A program made the position numbers and the translations under genes. DNA of 64,000 bases. Origin: Candidatus Binataceae bacterium (GTDB lineage Bacteria; Desulfobacterota; Binatia; Binatales; Binataceae). The stretch's first letter is position 1. Each line of letters opens with the position of its first letter. Positions 51,993 to 62,513 of the stretch are shown here, in pieces. The notes beneath the pieces are model-generated. The model saw nothing but the letters and a program-made list of their open reading frames with translations, did no database searches and was not told the origin of the DNA. The stretch spans positions 1,973 to 65,972 of the forward strand of contig JBOHWH010000170.1 in NCBI GenBank assembly GCA_050736695.1, read 5' to 3'.

Positions 51993-53087
51993 ATGAGAAG
52001 ACCATTGATTTTCGCGATCCTGGCGGGGTTTGCCGCGGTCCTTGCCGCGATAATTGTTTTTTCTGCCCTTAAACGGCGTGAGGCCGAGGTGCAAAAGGCG
52101 CTCGCGAGCAGCGTCGATATCGTGGTCGCCGCGCATGACCTGGTACTCGGCGCGCGAATCGATGCGAGCGCGGTCAAGCTGGCGCGATGGTCGCGCGACA
52201 GCGTGCCATCGGGCGCCTTCACCGACCCCCAGGCGCTGATCAATTCATTCGTAAAAATAGAAATTGTCGCGAACGAACCGGTCGTTGCCGCCAAGTTGTT
52301 CATGGGCGCGAAGACCGCGGGCGTGATGCCGCTGCTCATCCCCGACGGGATGCGCGCGATGGCGGTGCCGGTCGACGAGATCAGCGATATCGCAGGCTTC
52401 GTGCAGCCGCGCGCGCATGTTGACGTGCTGGTGTCGGTGTCGGGCTCGGGCCGCGACGAGCCGTCGTTCTCGAAGATGGTCCTGCAGGATATTGAAGTCC
52501 TGGCGGTCGCGCAGGAAATCGAAAGGAAGAACGACGACCCGGAGGAAGTCAAAGTTGTGACCCTGCTGGTCACTCCCGACCAGTCCGAGAAACTCGCATT
52601 GGCGAGCCACGAGGGTCAGTTGCGGCTCTCGATGCGCAATTACGACGATAGCAAGATCGTCATGACCAACGGCGCCGAGATGCGCGATCTGCACGGCGTC
52701 GGACCTCCCGCGTTGCCCGCTCAGATGGCGATCGTGCCGCGGCATGATTCGCCTCCGATGCGCAGGCTGAGCGTGCAGATCCTGCGCGACGGAAAATCCG
52801 ACGAATCGGTCTCTTTCGTGAAAGCCGGGCTGGGAGCGCATCACATGAGCCTGATGCAGGCGCTCCCTCCGACCGCCGCGGCCGTGCCAACCGCGTCCGC
52901 GGCAGCTTCGGTTGCGGCTGCGCCGCAGCCGCCCGCGCGAGTCTCTGCCTCGATCATGGCGCCGCCGTTATTGGCGAAAACTCTGGGAGCTGACGCGGAC
53001 GTGCCCGCACGATCGGCTGATCCTCCGTTTCCCGATCCCGCCACAACCCCGTACGCGCCGGCGCCGAAGACGATTGCGATTCCGTGA
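51993..53087 (+). CDS. cpaB: Flp pilus assembly protein CpaB/RcpC
   Basis: N-terminal TM, SAF/BON-like domain, Pro-rich C-terminus; SD GAGGGGAG. Confidence 0.8.
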   Translation: MRRPLIFAILAGFAAVLAAIIVFSALKRREAEVQKALASSVDIVVAAHDLVLGARIDASAVKLARWSRDSVPSGAFTDPQALINSFVKIEIVANEPVVAAKLFMGAKTAGVMPLLIPDGMRAMAVPVDEISDIAGFVQPRAHVDVLVSVSGSGRDEPSFSKMVLQDIEVLAVAQEIERKNDDPEEVKVVTLLVTPDQSEKLALASHEGQLRLSMRNYDDSKIVMTNGAEMRDLHGVGPPALPAQMAIVPRHDSPPMRRLSVQILRDGKSDESVSFVKAGLGAHHMSLMQALPPTAAAVPTASAAASVAAAPQPPARVSASIMAPPLLAKTLGADADVPARSADPPFPDPATTPYAPAPKTIAIP

Positions 53088-54934
53088 CCGCGTGGAAGCA
53101 AAGGCGAGCAGCAATGCAGTCTCAGACATCAAACATAAACAGATTCGGACTCTGGACGGTCGCGATCGCCGCCGCCTGGGCAATCGCGATCGCCGGAGCC
53201 CGTGCCGCTTGGGCGCAAGCCGATCGTCCGATCGCGCAAGTCCCCCTGACGATCACGGCGGGTGAGAGCTACACCGTCGATAACCTGGCGCCCGACAGCA
53301 GGCCCGCGGTGCGCGTGATCGATAATCCGCATGCGCTGGTGGTTCATTCCGAGCTGCCGGGCAAGATGATTCTGCTCGGCGCCGAACGCGGACGATGGAT
53401 CATCGCCGTCACGCGAGCGGACGGCCGGCAGGCGGCCTACGACGTCGTCGTGAATAGTGTCGCAACGCCCGGTGATCCGCTCAAACCGGGCGTGAGCCCC
53501 AACGCGACCATTGGTGAGGGGCTTACCGGCTCGCGTGCGGCCCGGTCGCCATCGCCGGCACCGTCGATGGGCTTGGCCGCCGCGCCGCCGGATTCTTCCG
53601 CGGCGGGCGAGCTCGCGCCAATGGCGCCTGCGAGAGTCGCGCCGCAGCCGATTGCGAATTCGCAGACCTTCGGCTTCGCTCCCGCGGCGGCGACTGCCGC
53701 GAAAACCCCCGGCAACGATGTTCCCGAAGGCAAATGGCGCAGCGATCCCGCCGTCGCGAGCAATGGCGGCTACACCTCGCCTTCAGACTCGGGCGGTCCG
53801 GGCGCGCCCAACTTCATGTCCGACGATTCGATCGTGCTGATGCAGGGAACCTCGAAGGTGCTCGATTTTCGCCGCCGCCTCATCCGCGTCTCGATCGCGG
53901 ACTCCAAAATCGCGGACATCCAGGTGATAAATCCGTCGCAGATAAATCTGGTCGGACATGCACCGGGCTTCACGACCTTGGCGGTGTGGGACGATCAGGG
54001 CAACTACCAGGAGCGCCAGGTGCGGATCGACAGCGGCGGCAAGCAGCAGGTGATGCTCAACTGCGTGGTCGCGGAGCTGGATCGCTCGACGATCGAAAAC
54101 CAGGGCATCAATCTGTCGCTCGCGCTCGCAAACTATGGCTTCTCGATCGTTGGATTGCCGGGCGCGGTCGCAACCCCCTATAGCGCTCAGAGTCAGCTTT
54201 CGTCCTCGGGACCGCAGGGCGGCTCAGCCGGAGGAATTCTGCCATTTGGCGGCGAACTGATTCCGCTGGTTCTCTCACCGAATTTGACTTACGGGCTCGC
54301 GGCCGGAAACTCGAATATCCAGACCCAAAGCTTTTTTCAGTTTCTCGAAAATCACAATCTGGCGAAGATCCTCGCGGAGCCGCATCTGCTCGCGAACTCC
54401 GGCGAACAAGCCAAGTTCCTGTCGGGCGGCGAAATTCCGATCGTAATCGCACAGGCGCTCAACACCTCGATCGTGTTCAAGCAGTTCGGCACCTCGGTCG
54501 ATTTTTTGCCCACGGTTGTCGGCCGCAACACGATCGAGCTGTACGTCAAGCCCGAGGTTTCGGAGCCCGACTTTGCGCACGGGGTCTCGATGTTCGGGTT
54601 CACGGTTCCGGCTTTCGTCACGCGGCGCGCGCAAACGATGGTCACGCTGCGCGACGGGCAGACGCTCATCCTGGCGGGATTGATCCTGCACAACCCGATT
54701 TCAGTGGTTAACAAGGTGCCTTATCTGGGCGACGTGCCGTACCTGGGCGGACTTTTCCGCACCACTCAGCACACGATTCAGGAGACCGATCTGGTGATGA
54801 GCGTGACGCCGCGGATTGTCGAACCGCTTCCGCGGGGCGCGCGGGTTGATCTGCCGGAAGGCAGCAGGATGTCGGCCGATGAAATCAAGACTCGCGAAAT
54901 CAGTCCGCCCGACGCGTCGCGGCCGCGGTTCTAG
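53084..54934 (+). CDS. cpaC: Tad secretin CpaC/RcpA
   Basis: Secretin C-domain (NCVVAELDRSTIENQGINL ... LAEPHLLANSGEQAKFLSGGEIPIV). Confidence 0.85.
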   Translation: MTAWKQRRAAMQSQTSNINRFGLWTVAIAAAWAIAIAGARAAWAQADRPIAQVPLTITAGESYTVDNLAPDSRPAVRVIDNPHALVVHSELPGKMILLGAERGRWIIAVTRADGRQAAYDVVVNSVATPGDPLKPGVSPNATIGEGLTGSRAARSPSPAPSMGLAAAPPDSSAAGELAPMAPARVAPQPIANSQTFGFAPAAATAAKTPGNDVPEGKWRSDPAVASNGGYTSPSDSGGPGAPNFMSDDSIVLMQGTSKVLDFRRRLIRVSIADSKIADIQVINPSQINLVGHAPGFTTLAVWDDQGNYQERQVRIDSGGKQQVMLNCVVAELDRSTIENQGINLSLALANYGFSIVGLPGAVATPYSAQSQLSSSGPQGGSAGGILPFGGELIPLVLSPNLTYGLAAGNSNIQTQSFFQFLENHNLAKILAEPHLLANSGEQAKFLSGGEIPIVIAQALNTSIVFKQFGTSVDFLPTVVGRNTIELYVKPEVSEPDFAHGVSMFGFTVPAFVTRRAQTMVTLRDGQTLILAGLILHNPISVVNKVPYLGDVPYLGGLFRTTQHTIQETDLVMSVTPRIVEPLPRGARVDLPEGSRMSADEIKTREISPPDASRPRF

Positions 54935-54954
54935 CCGCCGCTTATGAGGATCTC

Positions 54955-56166
54955 GTGTCAGTGCTCGGAGCAAATTACGAAACCAGGCGCGGAACGCTGC
55001 ACGTACACTTGATGGGAGATAACGCCGAGCAGCGCGGCGCCGCGAAAGCCGCCCTGATGCTGCTGGGCGATCCGCCGCTGGAAATCGAAGAGTCGGTGCT
55101 GGGCGCGCAGCCCGCGACCAAGCCCGACGTCCTGATGGTGATCGTTGCGAATAACGAAGAACAGAGCATCTCGTGCCTGCGAGCGGAGGCGGGGACGACT
55201 CCGCGCCCGATCATCTTTGCGCTGTTGCAATCGCGATCTCCCGGCCTGGTGAAGCGCGCGCTGCGCGCCGGCGCCGACGAGTTGCTGGTCACCCCGGTCG
55301 ATTCCGGCGACGCAACCTGCGCACTCCTCAAGATCTCGGAAGCGCGATGGCGCTCGGACCGGCGCGACGGCGGTGTGGTCTGCTCGTTCGCCAGTATTGT
55401 CGGCGGAGTGGGGGTCACGACCCTGGTCGCGAACCTCGGCCTCGCGTTGCGCAAGGCGCAAAAACGCGTTGCGCTTATCGACCTCGATCTGCAGACCGGA
55501 GGACTTGCGGTGGTGCTCGGCCTGGAACCCGAGGTCACGATTCTGCCGCTCATCCGCCTGGACCGAAAGCTCGATTCGATCCAGCTCGAATCGGCGATGA
55601 TCAAGCATCCGTCCGGCCTCTATCTGCTGGCTGCGCCAAAACGAATCGAAGAGGGCGAGATGGTGAGCGACGTTACGGTAGGAACCGTGATCGATCTGAT
55701 GCGCCAGCTATTCGACTTCGTAATTATCGACTGCGGCGATCATATCGACGAAAACGCAGTCGCCGCCTGGGAGCGCTCGGAGCATCTGTTCTACGTGCTC
55801 GAGCAATCGATTACCTCCGCTCGATGCGCGTGGCGTTTCGTCGATTTGTTCGAGCGGCTTGGGCTTACCTCGCTCCAGCCGCGCTTCGTGCTGAACCGTC
55901 ATCGCACGATGCATCCAATCACCGATAAACAGATCGAAACCACGCTCGGGCGCGATCTCTACGCGCGGATTCCTGCCGACGATCGCGCGCTGGAACGCGC
56001 CGAGGTCACCGCCAAAGACCTGTGGCAAGTCGCGCCCGCTTCGCCGCTGGCGCATTCGCTCGAGGCGCTCGCGCGCCGTATCGCGCCGAGTGCCGCCGAG
56101 TCCGCAATCGAGCCCGACACCGGATTCATCGCGCGGATCAGATCCGCCTTCGCCGCCCACGCTTGA
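54955..56166 (+). CDS. cpaE: CpaE/TadZ (receiver-like N-domain + MinD/ParA-like ATPase)
   Basis: VCSFASIVGGVGVTTLVANLG deviant Walker A. Confidence 0.8.
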   Translation: MSVLGANYETRRGTLHVHLMGDNAEQRGAAKAALMLLGDPPLEIEESVLGAQPATKPDVLMVIVANNEEQSISCLRAEAGTTPRPIIFALLQSRSPGLVKRALRAGADELLVTPVDSGDATCALLKISEARWRSDRRDGGVVCSFASIVGGVGVTTLVANLGLALRKAQKRVALIDLDLQTGGLAVVLGLEPEVTILPLIRLDRKLDSIQLESAMIKHPSGLYLLAAPKRIEEGEMVSDVTVGTVIDLMRQLFDFVIIDCGDHIDENAVAAWERSEHLFYVLEQSITSARCAWRFVDLFERLGLTSLQPRFVLNRHRTMHPITDKQIETTLGRDLYARIPADDRALERAEVTAKDLWQVAPASPLAHSLEALARRIAPSAAESAIEPDTGFIARIRSAFAAHA

Positions 56167-56176
56167 GGTTTTAATC

Positions 56177-57559
56177 ATGGGGCTTACCCAACGACTGAAC
56201 AACGCAAATTCCGGAGCCGCCGCCGCGGCCAGCGCGGCCGCGCCAGGATCGCTTATCGGAGGCACCGTCAAGCGGCGCAAAGACGCGCTCGGCGATGGCT
56301 CGCGCCGGCTCAAAATCAAAGTTCACAACCGCCTGTTCGAGACGATCGATGTATCCAAGCTCGAGTCGCTCGAACCCACGGCGATGTCGGCAAAAGTCAC
56401 CGCCGCGATCACCGAAATCTTAAACGAAGAAGGGCGCCTTCTGACCGACACCGATCGCACCCGCCTGGTCGAGGAAATCAAGAACGAGCTGCTCGGACTG
56501 GGTCCGCTCGAGCCGCTTCTGCGCGATGACGATATCACCGATATCCTCGTAAACGGCCACAATCAGGTCTATGTCGAGCGCTTCGGCAAGTTGCATCCGG
56601 CAGACGTCCATTTTCAGGACGATCAGCATCTGATGCTGATTATCGATCGAATCGTTTCGCGGGTCGGCCGCCGCGTCGATGAATCCTCGCCGATGGTCGA
56701 TGCGCGCCTGCCCGACGGCTCGCGCCTCAACGCGATCATCCCGCCGCTCGCGCTCGACGGGCCGTCGCTTTCGATCCGCCGCTTCGGACGCAAGCGTTAC
56801 GACATCTCAGGACTGGTCGAAAAGGAATCCATCACCTGGGAAGTGGTCGAGTTTCTGCTCGCGGTGGTGCGCGCGCGCCTGAACGTGATCGTCGCGGGCG
56901 GCACCGGCTCGGGCAAGACGACGATGCTCAATTGCCTGTCGGCGTTCGTACCCGAAGACGAGCGGATTGTCACGATCGAGGATTCGGCGGAGCTGTCGCT
57001 GCAGCAGCCGCACGTGGTGCGGCTCGAATCGCGGCCGGCAAATCTGGAGGGCAAGGGTGAAATCACGCAGCGCGATCTGGTGCGCAACTGCTTGCGTATG
57101 CGCCCGGACCGAATCGTCGTCGGAGAGGTTCGCGGCGCCGAGGTCCTGGACATGCTGCAGGCGATGTCCACCGGACATGACGGCTCGATCGCGACGGTCC
57201 ACGCCAACTCGACCCGCGAATGCCTGGGACGCTTCGAAATGATGATGCTGCTGTCGGGGGTGTCGATTCCTCAGCGCGCGATGCGCCAGCAGATCGCGTC
57301 GGCGATCAACATCGTCATCCACGTAAGCCGCCTCTCTGACGGCACCCGCAGGGTGATGAAGGTTTCGGAAATCACCGGCATGGAAGGCGAGATGATCATG
57401 ATGCAGGATCTTTACGAATACGTGCGCGGCGACCCGCGCGCCGACGGAAAGCTTACCGGCCAGTTGCGCTCGACAGGAGTGCGCTCGCATTACGCGCCCC
57501 GGCTCGAAGCGGTTGGTTACAAAAACGATGCGCGCCTGTTCAAGGCCGCACAGCCGTAA
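56177..57559 (+). CDS. cpaF: CpaF/TadA secretion ATPase (T2SS/T4P VirB11-like)
   Basis: GGTGSGKTT Walker A, Asp box, His box. Confidence 0.9.
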   Translation: MGLTQRLNNANSGAAAAASAAAPGSLIGGTVKRRKDALGDGSRRLKIKVHNRLFETIDVSKLESLEPTAMSAKVTAAITEILNEEGRLLTDTDRTRLVEEIKNELLGLGPLEPLLRDDDITDILVNGHNQVYVERFGKLHPADVHFQDDQHLMLIIDRIVSRVGRRVDESSPMVDARLPDGSRLNAIIPPLALDGPSLSIRRFGRKRYDISGLVEKESITWEVVEFLLAVVRARLNVIVAGGTGSGKTTMLNCLSAFVPEDERIVTIEDSAELSLQQPHVVRLESRPANLEGKGEITQRDLVRNCLRMRPDRIVVGEVRGAEVLDMLQAMSTGHDGSIATVHANSTRECLGRFEMMMLLSGVSIPQRAMRQQIASAINIVIHVSRLSDGTRRVMKVSEITGMEGEMIMMQDLYEYVRGDPRADGKLTGQLRSTGVRSHYAPRLEAVGYKNDARLFKAAQP

Positions 57560-57580
57560 GTACGCGCCGCCTTAATCACA

Positions 57581-58543
57581 ATGGATATTGTAATCGCCGC
57601 CGCCGCATTTCTGTTCGTGCTCGTCCTCGGTGGCTTCGTTATCGCGCGCCACAAAGGCACGCCGTGGCTCGGCCGCAACGTGATGCGCCGGATGGCTCCC
57701 GCGGCCACTGTCTCCTCGGCCGGCGGGATTCTGCGCACCAGCGGCAGGCGCAACAAGAAAGCCGCCACCCGCATCCTCGCCGGCGTGATGCGGATCCATC
57801 TGATCCAGCGGCTCGAACAAACCATGTGGCAGGCCGGCATTTACTTGAGGGTTGCCGATATCCTGCTCGTGATGGTTTTGCTGGCGGGTGCGGGAATCGT
57901 CGGCGCGGGCGCGTTCTTTAGTAGCCCTCTCATTTCGCTCGGGATTGGAATCGGGATCGGCATTCTGCCGCTGATGTACATCCGGCTGCGCCGCCAACGG
58001 CGGATGAAGGCTTTCGCGGTTCAGCTTCCATACGCGCTCGATCTGATCAAGTCGTCGATCGAGGCGGGCCATTCGCTGCTCCGCGGCTTGCAGGTCGTAG
58101 TCGCCGAATTTGGCGATCCTATCGGCGGCGAGTTCCGCTCCGTGATCGAGCAATCGCGCCTGGGTCTGCCCCTGCCGCGCGCGCTCGAGGAGATGCTCGA
58201 GCGCGTTCCGATCGAGGATCTGCGCCTGCTGGCGGTCGCGGTGCGGGTTCAGTCGGAAGTCGGCAGTTCGCTTGCGCAGATAATCGGACGGCTCTCGGAA
58301 ATTGTCCGCACCCGCCAGCGAATTCATCAGCAGATCCGCGCGCTGACCGCGCAATCGCGGATGAGCGGCTTGGTGATCGGATTTCTGCCGATCGCCATGC
58401 TCGGTGCGTTCAGCATTATCCAGCCCGCGTATGTACACACGCTGTTTTATGATCACTCGGGACAGACGATTCTGAAAGTCGCGGCGGTGCTTGATCTGAT
58501 GGCGTTCGTGACCATTCGAAAGCTTCTCAAGGTGGAATTCTGA
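57581..58543 (+). CDS. tadB: TadB inner-membrane platform protein (T2SSF family)
   Basis: T2SSF domain, 320 aa. Confidence 0.8.
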   Translation: MDIVIAAAAFLFVLVLGGFVIARHKGTPWLGRNVMRRMAPAATVSSAGGILRTSGRRNKKAATRILAGVMRIHLIQRLEQTMWQAGIYLRVADILLVMVLLAGAGIVGAGAFFSSPLISLGIGIGIGILPLMYIRLRRQRRMKAFAVQLPYALDLIKSSIEAGHSLLRGLQVVVAEFGDPIGGEFRSVIEQSRLGLPLPRALEEMLERVPIEDLRLLAVAVRVQSEVGSSLAQIIGRLSEIVRTRQRIHQQIRALTAQSRMSGLVIGFLPIAMLGAFSIIQPAYVHTLFYDHSGQTILKVAAVLDLMAFVTIRKLLKVEF

Positions 58544-58544
58544 A

Positions 58545-59480
58545 ATGTCCGCAATGTATATCACGCTCGCCTTCATTCTGCTGATGTCGGCCGCGATGGT
58601 GGCGGCGTATGCCGCGCTATTCGGCACTTCGCGCGTGCGCGACGATCGAATCACCGATATGGCGGTCAAGATGCGCGTCAGCTCTACAGGCCGCGGCGTC
58701 GCCAGGGAAATCGACTCCTCGCTCGCGCACGCTCTCTTCCGATGGGTCGCCCAGCGCCTGCCCGCGCCGCGGACCGATACGCCGAAGGCCGAGCAACTAG
58801 CGCATCTGCTGATGCAAGCCGGCTATTTGCGCTCGAGCGCGGTGCGAACATTTCAGATGGTCCGGATCGCCACCACCGGCGGCGTCGCGATTCTGACCCT
58901 GGTGATCGCGTTCGCCTCGGCACGCTCGGGGATGATGGTCATTATGTTGCTGGCGGCCGGATGCGGCGTCGGCGCATTCATCCCGAGCTTCTATATCGGC
59001 CGCAAGGCGCGCAAACGTCAACGCGCAATCGCGAGCCAGCTCTCCGACGTGCTCGACCTGCTCGTAGTCTGCGTCGAAGCCGGACTCGGCCTGTCCGAAG
59101 CGATTAAGGTCGTCGGCACCGAGGCTGAACGCCACGGACAGGTGATCGGAACCGAACTCGCACTGGTGTCGGGCGAGCTCGCCGCGGGCTCGAGCCTCGG
59201 ACAGGCGCTCAGACAGTTCGCGGATCGAACCGCGGTCGCGGACGTGAAGCCGCTTGCCGCGACCCTAATCCAGAGTGAGCAGATCGGCGCGCAAATCGGA
59301 CCCGCACTACGCTCGATTTCGGATTCACTGCGTTCCGCCCGCCGGATGCGAGCCGAAGAGGCTGCGCAGAAAACTACGGTAAAGATTATGTTCCCGCTGG
59401 TGCTCTTCGTCCTTCCCGCGATGATGAGCGTGATCGTAGGTCCCGCGATGATCCAGATCATGCAGACCTTAACCAAGTAA
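58545..59480 (+). CDS. tadC: TadC inner-membrane platform protein (T2SSF family)
   Basis: T2SSF domain paralog immediately downstream of tadB. Confidence 0.8.
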   Translation: MSAMYITLAFILLMSAAMVAAYAALFGTSRVRDDRITDMAVKMRVSSTGRGVAREIDSSLAHALFRWVAQRLPAPRTDTPKAEQLAHLLMQAGYLRSSAVRTFQMVRIATTGGVAILTLVIAFASARSGMMVIMLLAAGCGVGAFIPSFYIGRKARKRQRAIASQLSDVLDLLVVCVEAGLGLSEAIKVVGTEAERHGQVIGTELALVSGELAAGSSLGQALRQFADRTAVADVKPLAATLIQSEQIGAQIGPALRSISDSLRSARRMRAEEAAQKTTVKIMFPLVLFVLPAMMSVIVGPAMIQIMQTLTK

Positions 59481-59590
59481 GAGCCGCCAGTCGCGCTAGC
59501 ACACTCCTGCGATGAGTCACGCGCCTTTTCTCTCGCGCACGCGGCTTGACGGACGGGGCGCTATCGGTCTGCAATGGAACGAGCGCCGCT

Positions 59591-60076
59591 ATGAACGAAA
59601 CTCCGGAAAAGACCCGGGCCCTCGAGCTCTGGAACGAAGGCGTGCAGCATCATATTCTGCGCGACCTTGACGGCGCGATCCGCCTCTACACGAAATCGAT
59701 CGAGGCGTTTCCGACCGCGGAGGCATACACGTTTCGCGGATGGGCGTATCAGGGGATGGGCCGGCTCGACGATGCGATCGCGGAGTGTAAGCGCGCGATC
59801 GCGGTCGATCCTTCCTTCGGTAATCCCTACAACGATATCGGCGCCTACCTGATGGCCAAGGGCGAGCTCGACGAGGCGATCGGATGGCTCGAACAGGCCA
59901 AACTTGCGCCGCGTTACGAGCCGCGTCATTTCCCGCATATGAATCTTGGCCGCGTGTACGAAGCCAAGGGAATGATCGCGCGCGCGATCGAGGAATTCGA
60001 GCAGGCACTGAAATTCGCGCCGGCCGATTCGACCTGCGCGGCGATGCTCCAGCGGCTGCGCGCGATGCTGAATTGA
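59591..60076 (+). CDS. TPR-repeat protein (TadD-like?)
   Basis: Three or more TPR units (AEAYTFRGWAYQGMGRLDDAIAECKRAIAVDP...). Confidence 0.65.
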   Translation: MNETPEKTRALELWNEGVQHHILRDLDGAIRLYTKSIEAFPTAEAYTFRGWAYQGMGRLDDAIAECKRAIAVDPSFGNPYNDIGAYLMAKGELDEAIGWLEQAKLAPRYEPRHFPHMNLGRVYEAKGMIARAIEEFEQALKFAPADSTCAAMLQRLRAMLN

Positions 60077-60091
60077 TCCAGGAGGCCTGCG

Positions 60092-60538
60092 ATGCTCAAG
60101 GTTGCCGACCGCGCGCCCGAGTTCACACTCCCAGCCCACGACGGCAGGACGATCTCAAGCGCCGATCTGCGCGGACGCAAGGTGCTCTTATGGTTTTATC
60201 CGGCCGCGAGCACTCCCGGATGCACCACTGAAGGACGCGGCTTTCGCGACCATCAGAGTTACTATGATGAAAACGAAATTCAAATCCTGGGCGTCAGCTT
60301 CGACCCTACCGAAGCCAATGCGGCGTTCGCGCGCAATAATGGATTCAAATTTCCGCTGCTGAGCGATTGCACCCGGAAAACCGCGCTCGCTTACTGCGCA
60401 TGCGCCGATCTGAAATCGACAACGCCGGAACGGATGAGCTTTCTAATCGACGAAGACGGACGGATCGCTAAAATCTACGATCACGTCGATCCGCGTGACC
60501 ATCCGGCGCGCGTACTCGCCGAGCTGCTGGACGTGTGA
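60092..60538 (+). CDS. bcp: peroxiredoxin Bcp (thiol peroxidase, AhpC/TSA family)
   Basis: FYPAASTPGCTTE active-site motif. Confidence 0.85.
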   Translation: MLKVADRAPEFTLPAHDGRTISSADLRGRKVLLWFYPAASTPGCTTEGRGFRDHQSYYDENEIQILGVSFDPTEANAAFARNNGFKFPLLSDCTRKTALAYCACADLKSTTPERMSFLIDEDGRIAKIYDHVDPRDHPARVLAELLDV

Positions 60539-60684
60539 TCGATCCCGGGCGATGCCTCTACTTCGATGCGTATCAAGGCTATCCTGGAGTCAACTACTCA
60601 GACTAGTGATAGCCATCTATAGCGACTGAGTATTCATGCTCTCCATAGATGAATACGCGATGCAGCGGAGCGTGTCCGTTCCGG

Positions 60685-60699
60685 TGGCATCGCGATGGC
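60685..60699 (+). promoter_or_regulatory. weak sigma-54-like element TGGCAT-CGCGA-TGGCG ~110 nt upstream of second bEBP gene
   Basis: GG/GC spacing correct, -12 element poor. Confidence 0.3.
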
Positions 60700-60810
60700 G
60701 TAATGGCAAAATCCCGACGTTGATTTCGATTCAAGCGGTCGCACGATCGAGCATTGCTCGCATGTGGCGATTTGAATCACTGTGGCCTGTCATTTGCTTC
60801 ACAACCCTGC

Positions 60811-62049
60811 ATGACCACGGATCGAGATACGTCCGATCCCGCGCACGAGCGCGTGACGGAGGTAGCGGGAGTGTTGCAGCTTGGCGATCTGGGCGTCGCC
60901 GCCGCGGATTTGGAACAATCGGATCGGGTGCCGCTGTCGCGACTGGCGCAAGGTTCAGAGCGAATCGGCGGGATGGTCGTGCGGTCGGCGCAGGTGCGCA
61001 AAGTCCTGAAAACGATAGCGCGGCTAAGCCCGTACAAGGCCAGCGTTCTTGTCTACGGAGAATCAGGTACCGGTAAAGAGCTCGTCGCCCGCGCGTTGCA
61101 CACGCTCGGGCCAATACCGAACGGACCATTCGTTACCTTCAATTGCGCGAATCTGGTCGAGTCGCTCGCCGAGTCGCAGCTCTTCGGCCATGTGAAGGGC
61201 GCCTTCACCGATGCGCGCGAAGACTCGTTTGGTTATTTCCGGTCGGCGAATGGCGGCACGCTGTTTTTGGACGAGATCGGCGAATTGCCGCTCAAGCTTC
61301 AGCCCAAGTTGTTGCGCGCGGTCGAGACTTGCGAGATCCAGCCGGTCGGATCGTCGCATACCCATAAAATAGATATTCGGCTGGTGGCGGCGACGAATCG
61401 GGATCTGCGCGCGATGGTCAAGGCGGGCCAGTTTCGTGACGATTTGTACTATCGCCTCAACACGGCGGCGATTTTCCTGCCGCCGCTACGCGAACGGCGC
61501 GAGGCGATTTCCGCCTTCATCGCGCATTTTATTGAACATTACAATCGGCTCTTCGGCAAGGAGGTGATGTTCGTGGATCGGCGGGCTTTGGAAAGCCTGC
61601 TGGCCTACGGATGGCCCGGCAATGTGCGCGAGCTCGCCCACGCAATCGAGAACGCGGTTATCCTGGCCGAGAGCGATTGCCTGATCGGCGAAGACCTGCC
61701 CGAACACATCCTCGAAATAGCCGGAGCCAGTATCGGCAACGAGACCGCCCAGTCGCATGCCGCGTCCGCGCCGCAGGTTTCGGGCGACTCACGCGCGACA
61801 AATTCAAATGGCGGCGCCGGTCCGCTACTTTTGGACGAAGTGATCAAGCGCACGCTGGTGCGCTCGCTCGAAGAGACCGACGGAAATCGCCGGCGCGCCG
61901 CGGATCTCCTCGGGGTGTCGCGTTCGACGCTTTACCGGATGCTTGCGCGCTACGGGATCGGCGAAAACGGCCACGCCGATCACAGGCCAGTCGAATCCGC
62001 GCCTGACGACGGCAAAAATTGCGGCGCGGATCACGACTGGGCCATGTAG
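60811..62049 (+). CDS. sigma-54-dependent activator, second domainless paralog (start could be 60754)
   Basis: AAA+ core ~85-90% identical in protein to 36998-38188; same short N-terminus; HTH at C-terminus. Confidence 0.85.
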   Translation: MTTDRDTSDPAHERVTEVAGVLQLGDLGVAAADLEQSDRVPLSRLAQGSERIGGMVVRSAQVRKVLKTIARLSPYKASVLVYGESGTGKELVARALHTLGPIPNGPFVTFNCANLVESLAESQLFGHVKGAFTDAREDSFGYFRSANGGTLFLDEIGELPLKLQPKLLRAVETCEIQPVGSSHTHKIDIRLVAATNRDLRAMVKAGQFRDDLYYRLNTAAIFLPPLRERREAISAFIAHFIEHYNRLFGKEVMFVDRRALESLLAYGWPGNVRELAHAIENAVILAESDCLIGEDLPEHILEIAGASIGNETAQSHAASAPQVSGDSRATNSNGGAGPLLLDEVIKRTLVRSLEETDGNRRRAADLLGVSRSTLYRMLARYGIGENGHADHRPVESAPDDGKNCGADHDWAM

Positions 62050-62122
62050 CGGAGAACATTCAGCCGGCACTGATCGCGAGAGTTGGAAATTTATCCGCGA
62101 ATCGCGCACAATTGCGCTTCGG

Positions 62123-62440
62123 ATGCTCAACTCAAACGCCCTGATTACTTTCGCGGTTCTCTTCCTGCAGGTGGCGACGATTGCGTGCGCCGCACCGGCC
62201 GCTGCCGGCGCGAAAGACCTCAAGCCTCCAGCCGATCTGGTCAAGCTCGAGCGCGAGGTCTCGCTCAAGATCGCTCACGCCCGCGGCGAGGGGCCGACCG
62301 ACCCGGGCAAGCGTCGTCAACTGAGCGACGCCGAGCAACTCGATGCCAAAGCCGAAAATGAAATTGGCGCCGGCGACTTTCGCGTTGCCGAGGACGATCT
62401 GGTGAAGGCCAATGCACTCGCGACCGAGCTGCTGCATTAG
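62123..62440 (+). CDS. small secreted hypothetical protein
   Basis: Signal peptide LITFAVLFLQVATIACAAPAAA; 105 aa, charged mature part. Confidence 0.4.
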   Translation: MLNSNALITFAVLFLQVATIACAAPAAAGAKDLKPPADLVKLEREVSLKIAHARGEGPTDPGKRRQLSDAEQLDAKAENEIGAGDFRVAEDDLVKANALATELLH

Positions 62441-62513
62441 TGATCGGCCGCTTGCACCGGGATAATGCGGTTTTTTCGCCGCGTCCGCATTTGATACCGT
62501 TAGCCGAGAGACG

